38,161 bases of DNA from Eremomyces bilateralis CBS 781.70 (taxonomy: Eukaryota), in the NCBI GenBank assembly GCA_010015585.1, contig ML975189.1. The stretch is one strand, 5' to 3'. Below, in pieces: positions 15,230 to 28,677 of the stretch. Under the pieces are notes generated by a model. It ran no database searches, was not told the DNA's origin, and saw only the letters and a program-made list of their open reading frames with translations. A program made the translations under genes and the position numbers. Position 1 is the stretch's first letter; each line of letters starts with the position of its first letter.

Positions 15230-15406
15230 AGCCCATCAGGCACCATTGCCACCATATCAGCGCCTCAGGCCACAATCCTCCGGAACATCGATTTTCCCGC
15301 GGCACAACCTCTCTCCCACTGGCAATTTCTTTACATCACCGCCGCATCCAACCCTACCGAACTGTATCGTCAAGAACCTCGCAACGCCGAAAGATCCACG
15401 ATCAAG

Positions 15407-16064
<658 letters not shown>

Positions 16065-16424
16065 TCGGGTTCGGTGGAGGGCGATGTGTGCCGACATGGG
16101 CATATCCGGCCGCATCTCGAACGAGTTTTCCCATCGATATGTGGCGGGATCTCTGCCCTTGACGACGCAAGAAACGGGGAACTGTGGCATACTCATCAGG
16201 CGCTTCTGAGGTTCGGAATTGTATTTTCCATTCAATGCAGACGATTATGAATATCCAATTTGCACCATGCACGTCCAACCCATCCATGTCTCGCCGGATA
16301 CGCCGCCTCCTCGCAAGTGACACCCTGATTGAACCATCCACGCGTCGCTAGATCCGCCACACATGCAATCACAGCAGTCTTTCACCACAATCCTTTGCAG
16401 CGCCTGTAAAACGTAGAATTCGAC

Positions 16425-17681
16425 TCATGCCAACAACCCATCCATCGCTTTCTGCCTCTGGTCCTGCAGTTTCGATTTCTGCAGCGACGAATCCTTGGCC
16501 GCAGCTTTCCCTTCACCCAGTTTGGCCTTCTTTCCCGAGCTCTCCGCCGCGTCTTGATGGCGGGATTTCCGCTTGCCCGATTCGGCCGGAACCGCATCGC
16601 CGGCCTCCACCACGTCATCATCCATCCACAGATCCTCGGACAGCCAGATCGGCAGGGCGGTGGTCTTCTGGCCCTTCAGATGGATCGACTTCACGTTCCT
16701 CCAGCCTCCCGGGATGATCCGCTCCGCTTTCTCCCCGCCCTCCAACATGCCCGCCAACAGCGCCTGCACGTTGGCCCGGATCTTCTCCACATCCCACGAT
16801 GCAAACGCAACCCGCACCGAGGTGGTCGCCGCCGGGCTCAAATTGACCAGAGCGCTTTGCAGGGCCTTTTGAATTTCCTTCCCGACCAACTCGGGGGAGC
16901 CAACCACGGTGGTCGACCGGTTCTCGGCCGCCTGCCTCTGCTTCTTCTCGCCCTTCAGTTGCGCGCGGCGGTCGCCGTGGGCCGCGTTTCCCTGGAGGCT
17001 CACGGGAATGGGCCGCTTGGCCGTGGACTGGTAGAAGGTCTTGCCCAGAACATGGGGGAGGTAGGTGATGATGCGATCATCGGCCAGGAAATGGGTGTGT
17101 TCGGCCAACAATTGCCGACGTGACTCGAACGACTGGTACTTCTTCTTCAGTTTCGTGATGCCAATCACTCGTTTGACGAGCGGACGAAGCTGCTCCGGGA
17201 AGTTGGCGTGAGCAATGACGTCCTTGTACGATCGCTGCGGGTCCACCGTGATGAGACAGATATTGGTCCCTTCGGAAACTTGAGGAGCATGCGGGAGAGG
17301 CCTAGGGAGCATTAGCCGGGTCACCGCACCAAAAATGGTGACAATCGACGTACAATTTGAACGGCTTCAGGCGCTTCTTGTCCGAGATGAACTTCTTCGT
17401 CGCGAGGATCAGCCATATGGCGTCCGACGCGGCATCTGTGGTGGTGGAAGTTTCTTCATCCGCGAGCAAGTCCACCGCGGTGGACGACTTCGCTTGGGAT
17501 TCGCGAGAGGTCTGAATGTGTTTCACCAGCGCCTTGGTTGCACGTAGGATCTACCGATGGGGTCAGAACCGCGAGAAAGCACGGGGTATGTCGTGAGGGT
17601 GCTTACTTGTTCCGGGTCAACTTGGTATGGCGACTTTGAGGGGTGCGGTGCCGCCACCGAGTCTTTGGACGGGACAGCCAT
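16425..17681 (-). CDS. Ribosomal L1 domain-containing ribosome biogenesis protein (UTP30/CIC1/RSL1D1-like); exons 17681-17607, 17550-17354, 17301-16425
   Basis: Motifs ICLITVDPQRSYK, FESRRQLL, FLADDRI, WRNVKSIHLKG..TTALPIW; canonical introns in frame. Confidence 0.9.
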
Positions 17682-18051
17682 GGTGGATAGGACTGGGCGG
17701 GAGTTTTCTCTCTACGGTCGGCAATATATGCAGAGGCTTACAACCAGCGGGCACCGAACAGTCGTGCGTGTCGGGAGTGGAATGGAATTGGGAGGAGCAT
17801 GTGCAGAAGTTCGATGAGGAAAACCTCCCACTCCACTCGTTGCAGGGACTTCGAGGGAAAAATTGGCGCCACAATCGCGAAATCTTGGCAGTGGCAGAGG
17901 TGTGGCTGGTGATTTACACGTGACACTCATTTTCCCCCCGTCCCCTCTCACCAGCTCCACCTCACCACCACCAGCACCACCAGCACCACCACTTCACCAG
18001 CCACTCCCACGCGCAGTGCATCTTCTAGCCTTGATGCCTCAGGCCACCATC

Positions 18052-18065
18052 CTCGACGCGTCGAG
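18052..18065. promoter_or_regulatory. Palindromic MCB element CTCGACGCGTCGAG upstream of the Tos4-like gene
   Basis: 14-bp palindrome with an ACGCGT core; Tos4 is a known G1/S (MBF/SBF) target in yeasts. Confidence 0.5.
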
Positions 18066-18647
18066 TCTCTCCACCTGCAACTTCCCCCCACCAGCATTCG
18101 GGTCCTTTCATGTTATTGATTTCTTGTTTCTTCACGCGGGTTGTTGCTTGGTAAATCCTGCAATTGGACTCGACTTCCAGTGTTCGATTCCCCTTCCTTT
18201 CCCCTCCAATCCTTTGGTAAAAAAGCGTGGCGTGGTGCCTCGGACGAGAAGCTTTGGCCGCAGTTACACGCGCTCTCGCTCCGACACGCTCACACGCTCC
18301 AACTTAGACACGCCCACATATTATACACGCCTCTACACGCCCAATACACGTCTCGCGCTTCCTGGCCCTCCCTTGACCTTGGCCCACCACCGTCCATCCA
18401 TTTTTACCTTCGAAACACTTGCTTCTCTCCTTCTTTGTCTCGCTTCGCTTCTTTAACACTGTCTGCGTGCTTGGTCGGTTCATCGGTATCCCACTGCCCT
18501 CCTGTACCATTGCACGTCGCCCTTGACCGAATCGTGTCGATTCTGGGTTCACTGCAGCGCGTCTTCCTCGGAAATGTCGACGGTCCTGTCCTAGGATCAA
18601 CCGAACATAATTGCCCTCGCCGGTGCTGAGCACGCCACGGATATCAA

Positions 18648-20266
18648 ATGGATCTCTCATCGCCATGGCCGGAAGATGCTGATCCGCGTTCCAGCGCGTC
18701 GGAGCAGCTGTCCAAACCTCCCTCTCTCCTTCCGGCCTTCGAGCCGTTCTCCTCCTCTCCACCGCACCGTCCATCCCTCAAGCGAAAGCTGGATGGCTCC
18801 CCCAACCAGTCCAAGGCCACGTCGAGGTTCTATCCCACCCCCATCCCAACCTCGTCCACCGGAATCCTCCCCTCGTCCCCCGACCGTCCCGCCCTGCAAC
18901 GCACCGTCTCGACGCTCTCCGAACGTGCTCCGTTGAGCACCGTGCCCGACGTGAAACTCCCCGCCGACGGGCAACCCGTCCTGCTCGGACGGTCGAGCAA
19001 CTCGTCCAACTTCCAGCTCTCGTCCAATCGCGTCATTTCCCGCGTCCACGTCCGGGTTCGATATCGAAGCCCGACACCCTCCAAATCCTCGGGCGAGGTG
19101 ACGATCGAATGTCTGGGGTGGAACGGAGTGAAGGTGCACTGCGGCGGACGCGCCGTGGATTTGAAGAAAGGAGAGGAGTTTTGCTCCGACGACCCATCCC
19201 AGGACATCCTCCTCGACGTGCATGACTCTCGCGTGTTTCTGTCGTGGCCCACGTCCGACCGCTCGAGGCCGGCATCCACCAGTTCGGACGAGTCCGCCTC
19301 CGATACGCCCTCGCCGTCCCAACGCCATCGACCCCAGACCATTCCGTCCAGCCCTCCTGCCGTGGATGACCTTCTCAAAAGCCGAAGTCGATCATCGCAA
19401 CGGTCTTCCCATCACGAGACGTTTCGCATCTCGGACCTTTCCAGCCAACTGTCCGAGCATCAGAACGCAATCAAGGTCTACGAGGACCCGGACTCGGAGC
19501 AGCTCGATGGCCGTGCGGCCGAAAGCAATCTCGCCACTCCGACTCGGAGCCGTGAGCAGCGCCGATCATCGCAACCGAAGTTGGCCAAGTCCTTGGACGA
19601 CTTGTCGGATCACAATGAAGAGAACGATCCGGTGGTTCACTCGTTTGGCCCCTTTGGGGAAAACATCCTCCCTCGGTTCGCGTCGTTCAATACCTCGCAC
19701 AGCCCTCGGCAACCGTCGCAGACGCGGACGAAAACCCCGTTGAAACCTCCGTCGCAACCGGTGCATGGTTCTCCGTCACGATTTCATGTGTCTCCCATCA
19801 AGAACCATGTGGTCAATCAACTAGCCTTCTCGCGTTTGCATTCCGTCCCCTTGTCCACCATCTTCGGCAATCTCCCGGACGAGCTGAAGAGGATCCGATC
19901 GTCGCGGGCGAAAGACGGCGCCAGCACCAGCGTCGGCCCGCCTGCCGATTCAGCTGGCGCGGCTCTAATGTCCACGAACGGAGACTTCACCCCATCGCAG
20001 CTTCTCGCTCTTCTCAACGGCATCCCGAGTGTCGGGGAGATCCCGCGGGAGGGCAAAGATGCCGCCGGGAAGCCGCTGGAAACCGAATTCTACTACGTCC
20101 CGGAGCTAGACGACAACGATACGAGGCGGGATGCCGTGCTGGGAAGTCGTGGGGGTACGGGACTGCGATCGGTTCGCCGGACGCACAAGGTACTACCTCT
20201 GTCCAATATCCGAGATACCTCGCTGACTGAATATAGCAATACTACTGGAAGAAGCCGCGTCACTAA
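18648..20266 (+). CDS. TOS4: FHA-domain transcription factor, Tos4/Plm2-like; exons 18648-20189, 20237-20266
   Basis: FHA motifs LGRSSNSS...NRVISRVHV...CLGWNG; C-terminal REGKDAAGKPLETEFYY and RSVRRTHK|QYYWKKP. Confidence 0.88.
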
Positions 20267-20590
20267 AATAGTACTCTCCTTTCGGACTGGCGGTGCACTG
20301 GACTAAATTATAGCGGCGCATACCAATGTTTAAGCGACCACCAGCGATTCAACTGCATGGATCCGGCGTTTTGTTGGACATGATCGGTCTCCCCAAGCTA
20401 TGATTCCACTAGATGAGAGGGTATCCCGATCTTTTTGAACGTGTGGCGATCAAGCGTCTTTTTCATGTGTTGGGACCTTTCCGTAACGATAGTCAACGGT
20501 TATGGACGGAATGTCAGCACCGAGTTTCGACTTCACTTCATGTGTATATTTAAGCATTCCGCAATAAAACAAGCTGGGGAGAAGCCAATT

Positions 20591-21574
20591 TTACAGCTCC
20601 CAATCATGGAAAGCGACCGTGTCAGCCTCTGCCGAGCGCAAATTGATGGGACCGAAGTACTCTTTAAAGGCCGGTTCCAAGATGTCGTCGCTCAGATGCA
20701 TGTGCTCACCAGGAACGGTCCGAAAGACAATTCCTCCCCTCTGGTCCACTGCCTTCAAGCCCAGCCAATCGTCGCGGTATATATCCCTCTCAACGAGGGG
20801 AGTCACATCGCCAGTGGCACGGTTGACCTCCGCAAACCACGCGCTCTGCTTCGGGATGATCACCGTATCGTCCTCGAACATGTACATGATGAAACGACGC
20901 AGGCCAGCGAGATTCCGCGCATACCCCTTATTCTTCGTGTCCCGCTCGTTGTTGATATCGGCGAGGAAGTTGGACCGGTCCAGGTACTCGGACGAGGGCT
21001 TTCCGGTTTCGTCGTCGAAGTTCCGATAGTACTGCGCCGGGACGACGCGACCTTGAACCCATCCGGCCCAAACATTAGACCGGAACAGCGCGATGGCACC
21101 CTCGCACAACCAGTCCCCCGATTTGCACGGTCGAACGTCGACGATGCCGTTGTGCGGGCTGCCAAAGGTCACGAGGTTGGCGATCCGAGGGCCGCAGCGC
21201 TCGGCCAATCCCCGCAGGAAGACTCCGCCTTGTGAGAATCCGAGCGCATTGACGACCGGGGCGGACGAGATGTTGGGGTGCTGGGAGAGGTCGTCGCAGA
21301 CTTGCTGAACCTGGACGTTCAGGTCGCCGTAGAAGGTCGCGGTTCGATCGGCCGACGCGTCCTCGCCGAGGCGAATGACATGGACATAGGTCGATGGATG
21401 AACTTCAGCGGCAAGTTTTGCGACGGACTGCAACCCTTCGCTGTCGAAGGTGTCGCCTAGGCCATGCCATACGATCAGAGGAGGCTGGTATGGCGGGTTC
21501 GGGGAGGCGACGACCAATGTCAAGCAAGCAAGCAGCGCGGAGATGGAAAGAAGGGCGTTCGCTGCGGTGAACAT
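20591..21574 (-). CDS. Palmitoyl-protein thioesterase (PPT1-like) with signal peptide; single exon
   Basis: IVWHGLGD, nucleophile motif GFSQGG, LVTFGSPHNG, VPAQYY, FLADINNER, PGEHM. Confidence 0.92.
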   Translation of the reverse strand: MFTAANALLSISALLACLTLVVASPNPPYQPPLIVWHGLGDTFDSEGLQSVAKLAAEVHPSTYVHVIRLGEDASADRTATFYGDLNVQVQQVCDDLSQHPNISSAPVVNALGFSQGGVFLRGLAERCGPRIANLVTFGSPHNGIVDVRPCKSGDWLCEGAIALFRSNVWAGWVQGRVVPAQYYRNFDDETGKPSSEYLDRSNFLADINNERDTKNKGYARNLAGLRRFIMYMFEDDTVIIPKQSAWFAEVNRATGDVTPLVERDIYRDDWLGLKAVDQRGGIVFRTVPGEHMHLSDDILEPAFKEYFGPINLRSAEADTVAFHDWEL

Positions 21575-22134
21575 GTTGGCGACTGGGAACTAGCAAAGGG
21601 TTCAAACGCTCGACAGGAACGTCGAGAACATATGCGGGTGGTTTGGAATATGGTAGTCGAGTGTCAGGACATATTTAGATGAAGCCAGTTGCTACCCGAA
21701 CATTCCATATACCGTATCGCATCAACGATATGTTGATAGAACTCAGAAGGGTCGGGCAATAGTCAACAAGTCGTAACTATGTAACTACGGATACTAATGT
21801 ATGCATGAGGATGGCGCCAAGCACGATACCCACAATTTCGATGCCGGACCATACCATGTACGGAGTAACGCTGTGTGCTACCGAAATGGCCTCCAAAAAC
21901 GGAGGTTTCTGACACTGTTTTCTGCGGTTTTCCGCCTAGGCGACACGCCCTCGTTTCGGGGAGCGCATCGATCCACCACCCCACGTGACCCTCAATCCAA
22001 CCCCACGTGATATTGAGCCAAAAGAAGCGCTCTGATTGGTTGAATTGCTGCTGGCGTATTTGCGTTGATGCCCTGCTCTAGAAGGTCATTGCGCTAACTT
22101 GGGTTAAATTGGACGATTAATTTCCATTATTACT

Positions 22135-22312
22135 TGTGATGGATCAGAGGTCTATCGACCTGGATGCCTTGTGGCCTTGTGGCCCGTTCAGGTTTGCTCT
22201 GTAAACACCAGAACAGATAAACGCCTCGCACACCTTAGATAGATTCCTCCTTCATAGCAACAATTCAATGTTTGCCTCACGATTGGAGATTCCCTACAGT
22301 GAGACCCTTACA
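22135..22312. mobile_element. Candidate degenerate solo LTR
   Basis: TGTGATGG...CCCTTACA termini, 178 bp; shares TTGTGGCCTTG(T/C)GGCC and a CAATTCAA motif with the reverse strand of the 37465-37652 LTR; flanks only near-matching (TACT/TCCT). Confidence 0.4.
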
Positions 22313-22419
22313 TCCTTCTATTATCAGGGGTGCTTCGGAGCGGAAATTCCTTTGATTTCACCCCTTTGGCTCCGGCAAGCACGTAAGATGTAAGATATTT
22401 TTGCGAGCCTATTTTCAGC

Positions 22420-22668
22420 CTCGACGCTAAGGGAGTCTTCGACTATACGATTACCCATGGCCGGACACCGCTGCCGTGGGCCGCGGATAATGGACACGGG
22501 GCCATGGTCAAGGTGCTACTCAAGATCAGGAAAGTTGACGTCTACTCAAAGGATGAGATCTATGGCCAGACGCTGCTGTCGTGGGCCGCAGAGAATGGGC
22601 ATGAGGCCGTCGCTCAACTACTCAGCGACGCTAAAAGAACTGAATTTCATTCGAAGGATTCATTTTAG
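22420..22668 (+). pseudogene. Ankyrin-repeat gene fragment (about 2 repeats)
   Basis: GRTPLPWAADNGHGAMVKVLLKIRKVDVYSKDEIYGQTLLSWAAENGHEAVAQLL; no ATG before the first repeat, upstream stop. Confidence 0.8.
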
Positions 22669-23087
22669 AAACCCTGTGTCAGGGATTGAATCAAATGGAT
22701 CGGGAGCTTTTTTTCGTCAACCGATTTAAAGAAGAGTCAAACTCAGCGACGCCTGAAGTTCAAGCATCTGTCCACCGTTCCTCTCTGTATGGCGAGTAAT
22801 TTCTGGCATTCTCTTCGACTGGTTGCTAGGTCGGTACTTCACCGCATCTATGCACCGCTCTGGGTTGGGATGATAAAGGAACCGAATTATAGAGTGGATT
22901 GAGCGACTGACTATACGAACACAAAGCTCCGATCTTCTACAAGGGCCTGACCCACTTCCTATGACCTTACCCCTCAAGGTCACATGCAGTACCTTGGGTA
23001 ATTGGAAAAGTGAGTAGATGAAGGGTTAGACTGGGTATTCCAGGGCTCCAGGGTGTATCGCAAGTGAGAATAGGAAGTCTGCCATGC

Positions 23088-23978
23088 TCATGGTTTCCAG
23101 CGCGTCGCTTCCCCGATATCGACGGTCACGTTTTCCATCCAGACACCGAACGCCACGGGCTTCACGCTGGTGGGCCACCATTTCGTCGCCTCACGGTTTG
23201 CCTGGTCATCCGCAGGTGGATGAACCTCGACCCAAGCACCACGCGTACGACCGGTCGAGCTTCCAATACCGTACTCGGCCCAGGTATCCGTGCCAACAAG
23301 GTAGTCCGCTTCGCCACTGGGGATGGGAGGTTGGGTGAGCGATATGGAGACCGGGAGGTATCGACTCGAAAAGGGTACGGCGGGAAAGCGCCGGAAGGGC
23401 TTTAGGGTCACGGAGAAGAACGACTCCGTTGCAGATTCCGATGGAGGAAACACTGCGACATGCAAAGACTCCGGAGGTTTCGAGCCGGTCTTGGTCGCGG
23501 GAGCGGAGAAGGCGAAGCGGGCGAGATGTTTGGGGATATTCCAGTTGGTGCGACCTGGTCTCGTCAGCCATTCGCTCCTTAGCCCCAGCACGGCGCATAC
23601 CATTGTATGTGGTCTCCTTCTGGTTCACATAGATGCGGGCGATCCTTCGTTTACTGCCGTGACCCGGGACCTGGTAACTTCCAGGCACGATCATGAGCTC
23701 GTCGTATGGGCCTGGTGTAGCGTAAGCATCTGACCCAGTGTGGAAATGGACGTTGACTCACCGACTGGAGTCTCGGTATATCGCACGATGAGGATAGCCC
23801 CCAAACCTCCCCGGTGTTTTCCTGATCGGGCTGGATCGGAGAATGCTTCGGAGGATGCTTCCAGAGGGTCATATATGCCATCTGGCAACGTCTTGGGTAA
23901 TCGTACCATCAACAGATACGATTCGGATCGAAGCTTCCATGGCGCAGGTGCCGACGGAAAGGGAGTGATTTGAGCCAT
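23088..23978 (-). CDS. Acetoacetate decarboxylase-like fold protein; exons 23978-23762, 23711-23601, 23554-23088
   Basis: APAPWKL, IVRYTETPVG|PYDELMIVPG, IARIYV..YNG|RTNWNIPKHLARF; canonical introns in frame. Confidence 0.82.
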
Positions 23979-25256
23979 GGTTGGTTAGTGTAGCGATAGA
24001 GAGGCATGCAGCAGTCATGTCAATGATGATACCGATGCCATTGAGGGCATGCCTTGAAATCCATGACTTAGGAGATATGCCGTCATCCTGGTGGTCTGCG
24101 CCTTCCACATGCTCGGGGTGTGCATCCTATTGTTGTCGGCATGCTCGGGCCGAACGTGTCTTCAGATTCGCGACCGAAAGTCACACCACCTCATGAATTA
24201 CCTGCACTGCTGAGGATATAATCAGGCCATACCGCCATACAAGTTTGGAGTCATGTTGTGACGGCAATCAAAGATTCGAAGTGATCGTCATTCCGTCATG
24301 ACTGGCGGGTGGTGGCCGCTAGGGTGATTCGCATCTTGCATATTACGGGAATAACGGCCATAACAATAAATAGTTAATAGTTAATTCCTGGATCTATTGC
24401 GATGATGCGAATCATGTGATTGATGGCTCAACACGAGTCAAGTGAGAGTGCGGAATACAACAACAGCAACAAATTCACGAGTCATACTCGAGTCGCAATC
24501 AATTGCCTCGTGACTTGAACTCTCTTTCGTCCCCCATTACAATAGGTACACTGCACTGATACAGGTTTCAAGTTTCAATCAGCCCACCGGTTGCGTATAT
24601 CGTCGGATCCTGCGACGAAGACAATCTCCAGTACTGTCCCCCACGCTTAGACTAGCAATATCATTCAGCGTTGTGGCTGCAACGGCTCAACTGTAATTGA
24701 AAGTCATCAACGATCGACACCCTGTCCCGATTCAATACCTATCTAGCCGACGCCATACCACCCAATCCCCATCCATGATCTATCTGCGGTACTTGGTTCG
24801 CCGCCGCGTGTCGTACCATAACCCGTGCTGACGGGATCCTGTGGATGTGGATCCCATCGGGCCTATCCCGTCGTTCCTATTGGATCTCATTCCCCCGCCA
24901 ACGCTAACCGCACCATGGGGAAGAGGAACAGAGGATCCGAGATCATGGGAGAAATCACAGGTGCCGGTCCAGGACCTAGGAGTGGAGAGCAGCGACGATC
25001 AAATCTTCGCCCAATGGATTTGGTGCCATTTTTCAGCGCCGGTGTCGACGTTGGCAGCAGTGAAGCGGTAGAACCTGGAAGGTAGGCGATGATCATCATG
25101 CAGAGTCCTGAGTTGGTCGAGCTCGCGTGGCCCTGGAGTCCCGAACATTACCGTGGAGCAGCATCCTCAAGTTACGGGTCGAGGTATAAAGTGAGTTGAT
25201 AGCCACATATCTTGGCCATTATTTCCCCACTTCAAATCTTTTGCTTCCTGTCCAGT

Positions 25257-26950
25257 ATGAATACCACTGCGGTTCCTGGGACGATCCAGCTCGTTGGGGT
25301 GGGCCACGATCAAGGCGGAGCGGCCATCGTCCTTCACCCCCAACCCACGTCGGACCCCCAAGATCCTTTGAATTGGAAACCATGGCGCAAAGGCCTCGCC
25401 GTCGCGTCCGCCTATCTGTACACCATCGCCATCGGGATCGCCACGGCGGTTCAGTACTCGGTGTTAACGAATATCGAGGACGACACCGGAATCACGCTCG
25501 CGCAATTGAATACCGGAACAGGTGGGACCTTCGGGGCGACATCCCACGACCCGTGGCTGACGAAATGAAGGGCTCATGTTTTTGTTTTTGGGGTGGGGTA
25601 ATCTGATATGGCAGCCCATCGCTCTCGTCTACGGTCGCCGCGGGGTGTACATCATCTCTTGTGTCCTCGCCATCGGGCCCATGATCTGGACGGCGTACTC
25701 GTCGTCTGTCGGCGAGTGGTACGCCCATCGCATCCTGATCGGCATCTGCGCGGCTCCGGTCGAGTCGTTGCCGGAAGTGACGATCCCGGATCTCTTCTTT
25801 GCGCACGAACGTGGCACCTATATGGGCGTTTATGCCTTCATGCTCTTCGGCGCCAATTTTCTGGCCCCGTTCTTTTCCGGCTTCATCCTGGATGCGATGG
25901 GTTGGAGCGCCGTGATGTGGTTTGGAGCCATCGTTCTAGCGGTCACGGCCGTCCTCATGTTCTTCTGCATGGAAGAAACCATGTACTTCCGCCAGACCTT
26001 CGAGGGGGTCTCGGTCGACCGTGGACCCGCGGACACGGAGAAAGTCAAAGGTGCCGACGAGCCCACCCTCGCCATGAACAGTGATGCGAGCAGGGTGTCC
26101 ACGGTGGAGCCGTCGTATCGCCCGGAGCGCAGCTATCTCCAGAAACTTCACCTCTTCGTCGCTTGGCCCGAGCGCCCCTCCAACAAGCAGCTGCTCACCA
26201 TGGCCTGGCGTCCGCTGGTGATCTTTTTCCAGTTCCCCAACGTCACCTGGGCGGGATTCCTGTACGGCACGAACCTGTCGTGGTACAACGTTCTCAACGC
26301 CACCATGTCGCTAGTTCTGGGTGGCGCGCCGTATAATTTCAGTGCGAGTATGGTCGGGACGGCCTATCTCTCGCCCTTCGTCGGGGCGTCGCTGGCATCG
26401 GTGTGGGCCGGCTGGGTCGGCGACAAGGTGGCGCTTCGACTCGCTCGACGGAACAGCGGGATCCGCGAACCCGAACACCGGCTGTGGACGCTCCTCGTCT
26501 CCGGCATCATCGCCACCGGGGGCCTCATTTTGTGGGGTGTGGGTGCAGCAGAGGGCGTACACTTCATGGGTAGGTCGAACACACCACCTCGATGGCATTG
26601 TAGCTCACCGCGTACCAGGGTTGATTTTCGGAACGGGAATGCTCACGTTCGGGGTGGTGTGCGGCGGCTCGACGGCCCTTTCCTACGCGACGGATTGCTT
26701 CAAAGATCTCACCGGAGAGACCATGGTCACCGTCATCATCATCCGCAACACGCTCGGATTTGGGTTTTCGTATGCTATCACACCCTGGATCGAAAACCAG
26801 GGGATGCTGAAATGCTTCGTCGCGGTCGGTATGGTATCATTGACCTGCACAGGATCGTTTCTGCTAATGGTCCCCTTCGGCAAGCGACTGCGAATATATT
26901 CTGCAAAGACATACTACGCGTATGCTGCAACCACGTTGGGAGCGCACTAA
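25257..26950 (+). CDS. MFS transporter, HOL1-like (DHA1-related); exons 25257-25521, 25571-26569, 26619-26950
   Basis: PQPTSDPQDPLNW, YGRRGVY, DLFFAHERG, MEETMY, REPEHRL and about 12 hydrophobic segments. Confidence 0.9.
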
Positions 26951-28135
26951 GGCGACTGCATGCGGCGTGGGGACCAACCGCGGGAAAGCTGGGGTCAATT
27001 TGCTCCGGGTGCTCCTCGCATATGGCGCTCGTCCCATTTCTTGTTCATAACCGATTATACCCGTTAGACTTGCAACGAATCGAACACGTGATGAGAAGAG
27101 CTAGAACTTGTACATCACGAAGACTAACTAGTCTTAAACGAATAGATTATTCAGATTCCCTTCACATGGCGTCCAAGTTACATTCGAATGCAAGGTCAGG
27201 AAAACGGCTTATCCAGTATGTCATTCTGCCAAAATCCAACAATTCCATGGAAGCCAGAATATTCTTGCAAGTCCCACGTACCTGAGAGCCCGTCGAAAGT
27301 TGCGATTAATGAGGTGGTTCCAAAAGCAAACTGGGTGAGTTCCAGATGATTCTGGAGAGTCCAGTAGAAGAGCCCGAAGAAGATCCATGAGACGCACCAG
27401 GCGACATGAATGACCCCAATGTCCGTATGGTTGGAATGTGCAGCCTGCTGCGGTTGAAGTGTTGTGCCAGCGTATGAACATCTGGATAAGGTTGAGAGCT
27501 GTGCACTAACGACGCAATCATGAACAGGAAGAGAAGCAATGCCTAGTCAATTTGCTCTAGAGTGTCAAGTAGTATTCAGAGGATAGGCAGAATGTGATCG
27601 GATATTCCGTCTCTCCCCAATTTTAGACGAGTAGACCTGAGAGATGCCGGAGTCATAATCCAGATAACGGGCAAAGAAAGAAAGCGAACTTGTACTGGTG
27701 ACTGAACGTAGAGTAGTTGACTCAATTGATGACAAGAAACCAATATTTGAATAGCTTCAGTGAGTGACAAGTTCTCGTTGGACATTGATCATCGGGCTTG
27801 TTGGTCAGGTCGGGAAGTTGCTAAATGAAAACCAAGCAGGACGCGAGCGCGCCACGTATCTGCATGTCTAAACGCATAATCAGGATACTTCCGGCACGAT
27901 TGCATAATTACTACCTGTAGCTGACGACAATAGACAGGAAAGAGAAGCGAGGAAGAGAGGGACATGGACATGACGCGGGCGATATTCACCTCACCTTGCA
28001 GCCGGGATTTAGCCGGCTGGTGTGGAAAATCCGCTGCTTGTCATCGTGGAGGGCGGAGTTTAAACTTTCATTCAATAAGTCGTCCACCTTTCGAATCGAC
28101 AACTCAAGTCGTGGATTCAAATCGTGATATCTCCA

Positions 28136-28677
28136 ATGTCACACCGTCGAGCAGGTTTCAAGGTCGGGCCCGACAATCTACCCGATGGAGTCCACAAACG
28201 GAAAGGCAAGAGATGATCGAGTTCCGTCCACGCATCGTTGCTAACCGTTTCACAGTTCAAGCCATAAAACGGAAGTTGATCGAACGATCCAAGATCAAAC
28301 GACAGTTCTTCAAGTCCCAGGCAAATGCCGAGCCACAACCTCCGACTATTCCGTCGTATTCTCCCGAGCCATCGCCGGGGAGCGGACACGAGATTGATCC
28401 GGCCCCCTTACATCCAGACCGACAGCGATTGCTGGATGGGTCATCTGGGCCCTCTCAGCGCGCGAAGGAGCCGAACTCAGTTGCTGAACCACCGGCCATG
28501 TCTCGCAAGGATCGCGAACAGGAGAAACAGAAGAAGTTGCAAGATCGTGCTCGCCACCAGAAAGCCATGCTGAAAGCACGCGGTGGCATCCATAGCGTCG
28601 ATCGTCGACAGAAGAAACTCGGGAAGGAGGCGCCGTTATTGCTGGAAAAGGCAAGGCGGCTAATGAACAGCGGATGA
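28136..28677 (+). CDS. rRNA-processing protein FYV7-like; exons 28136-28205 and 28256-28677 (GC-AG intron)
   Basis: GFKVGPDNLPDGVHKRK|VQAIKRKLIERSKIKRQF, LHPDRQRLL, KLGKEAPLLLEKARRL. Confidence 0.72.

Noticed and set aside
26570..27285. C-terminal extension of the 569-aa MFS ORF
   Set aside because: Artefact of reading through intron 26570-26618; the spliced frame ends at 26950
27306..27539. Small ORF with a hydrophobic N-terminus (secreted peptide?)
   Set aside because: Non-ATG start, low complexity and no supporting features
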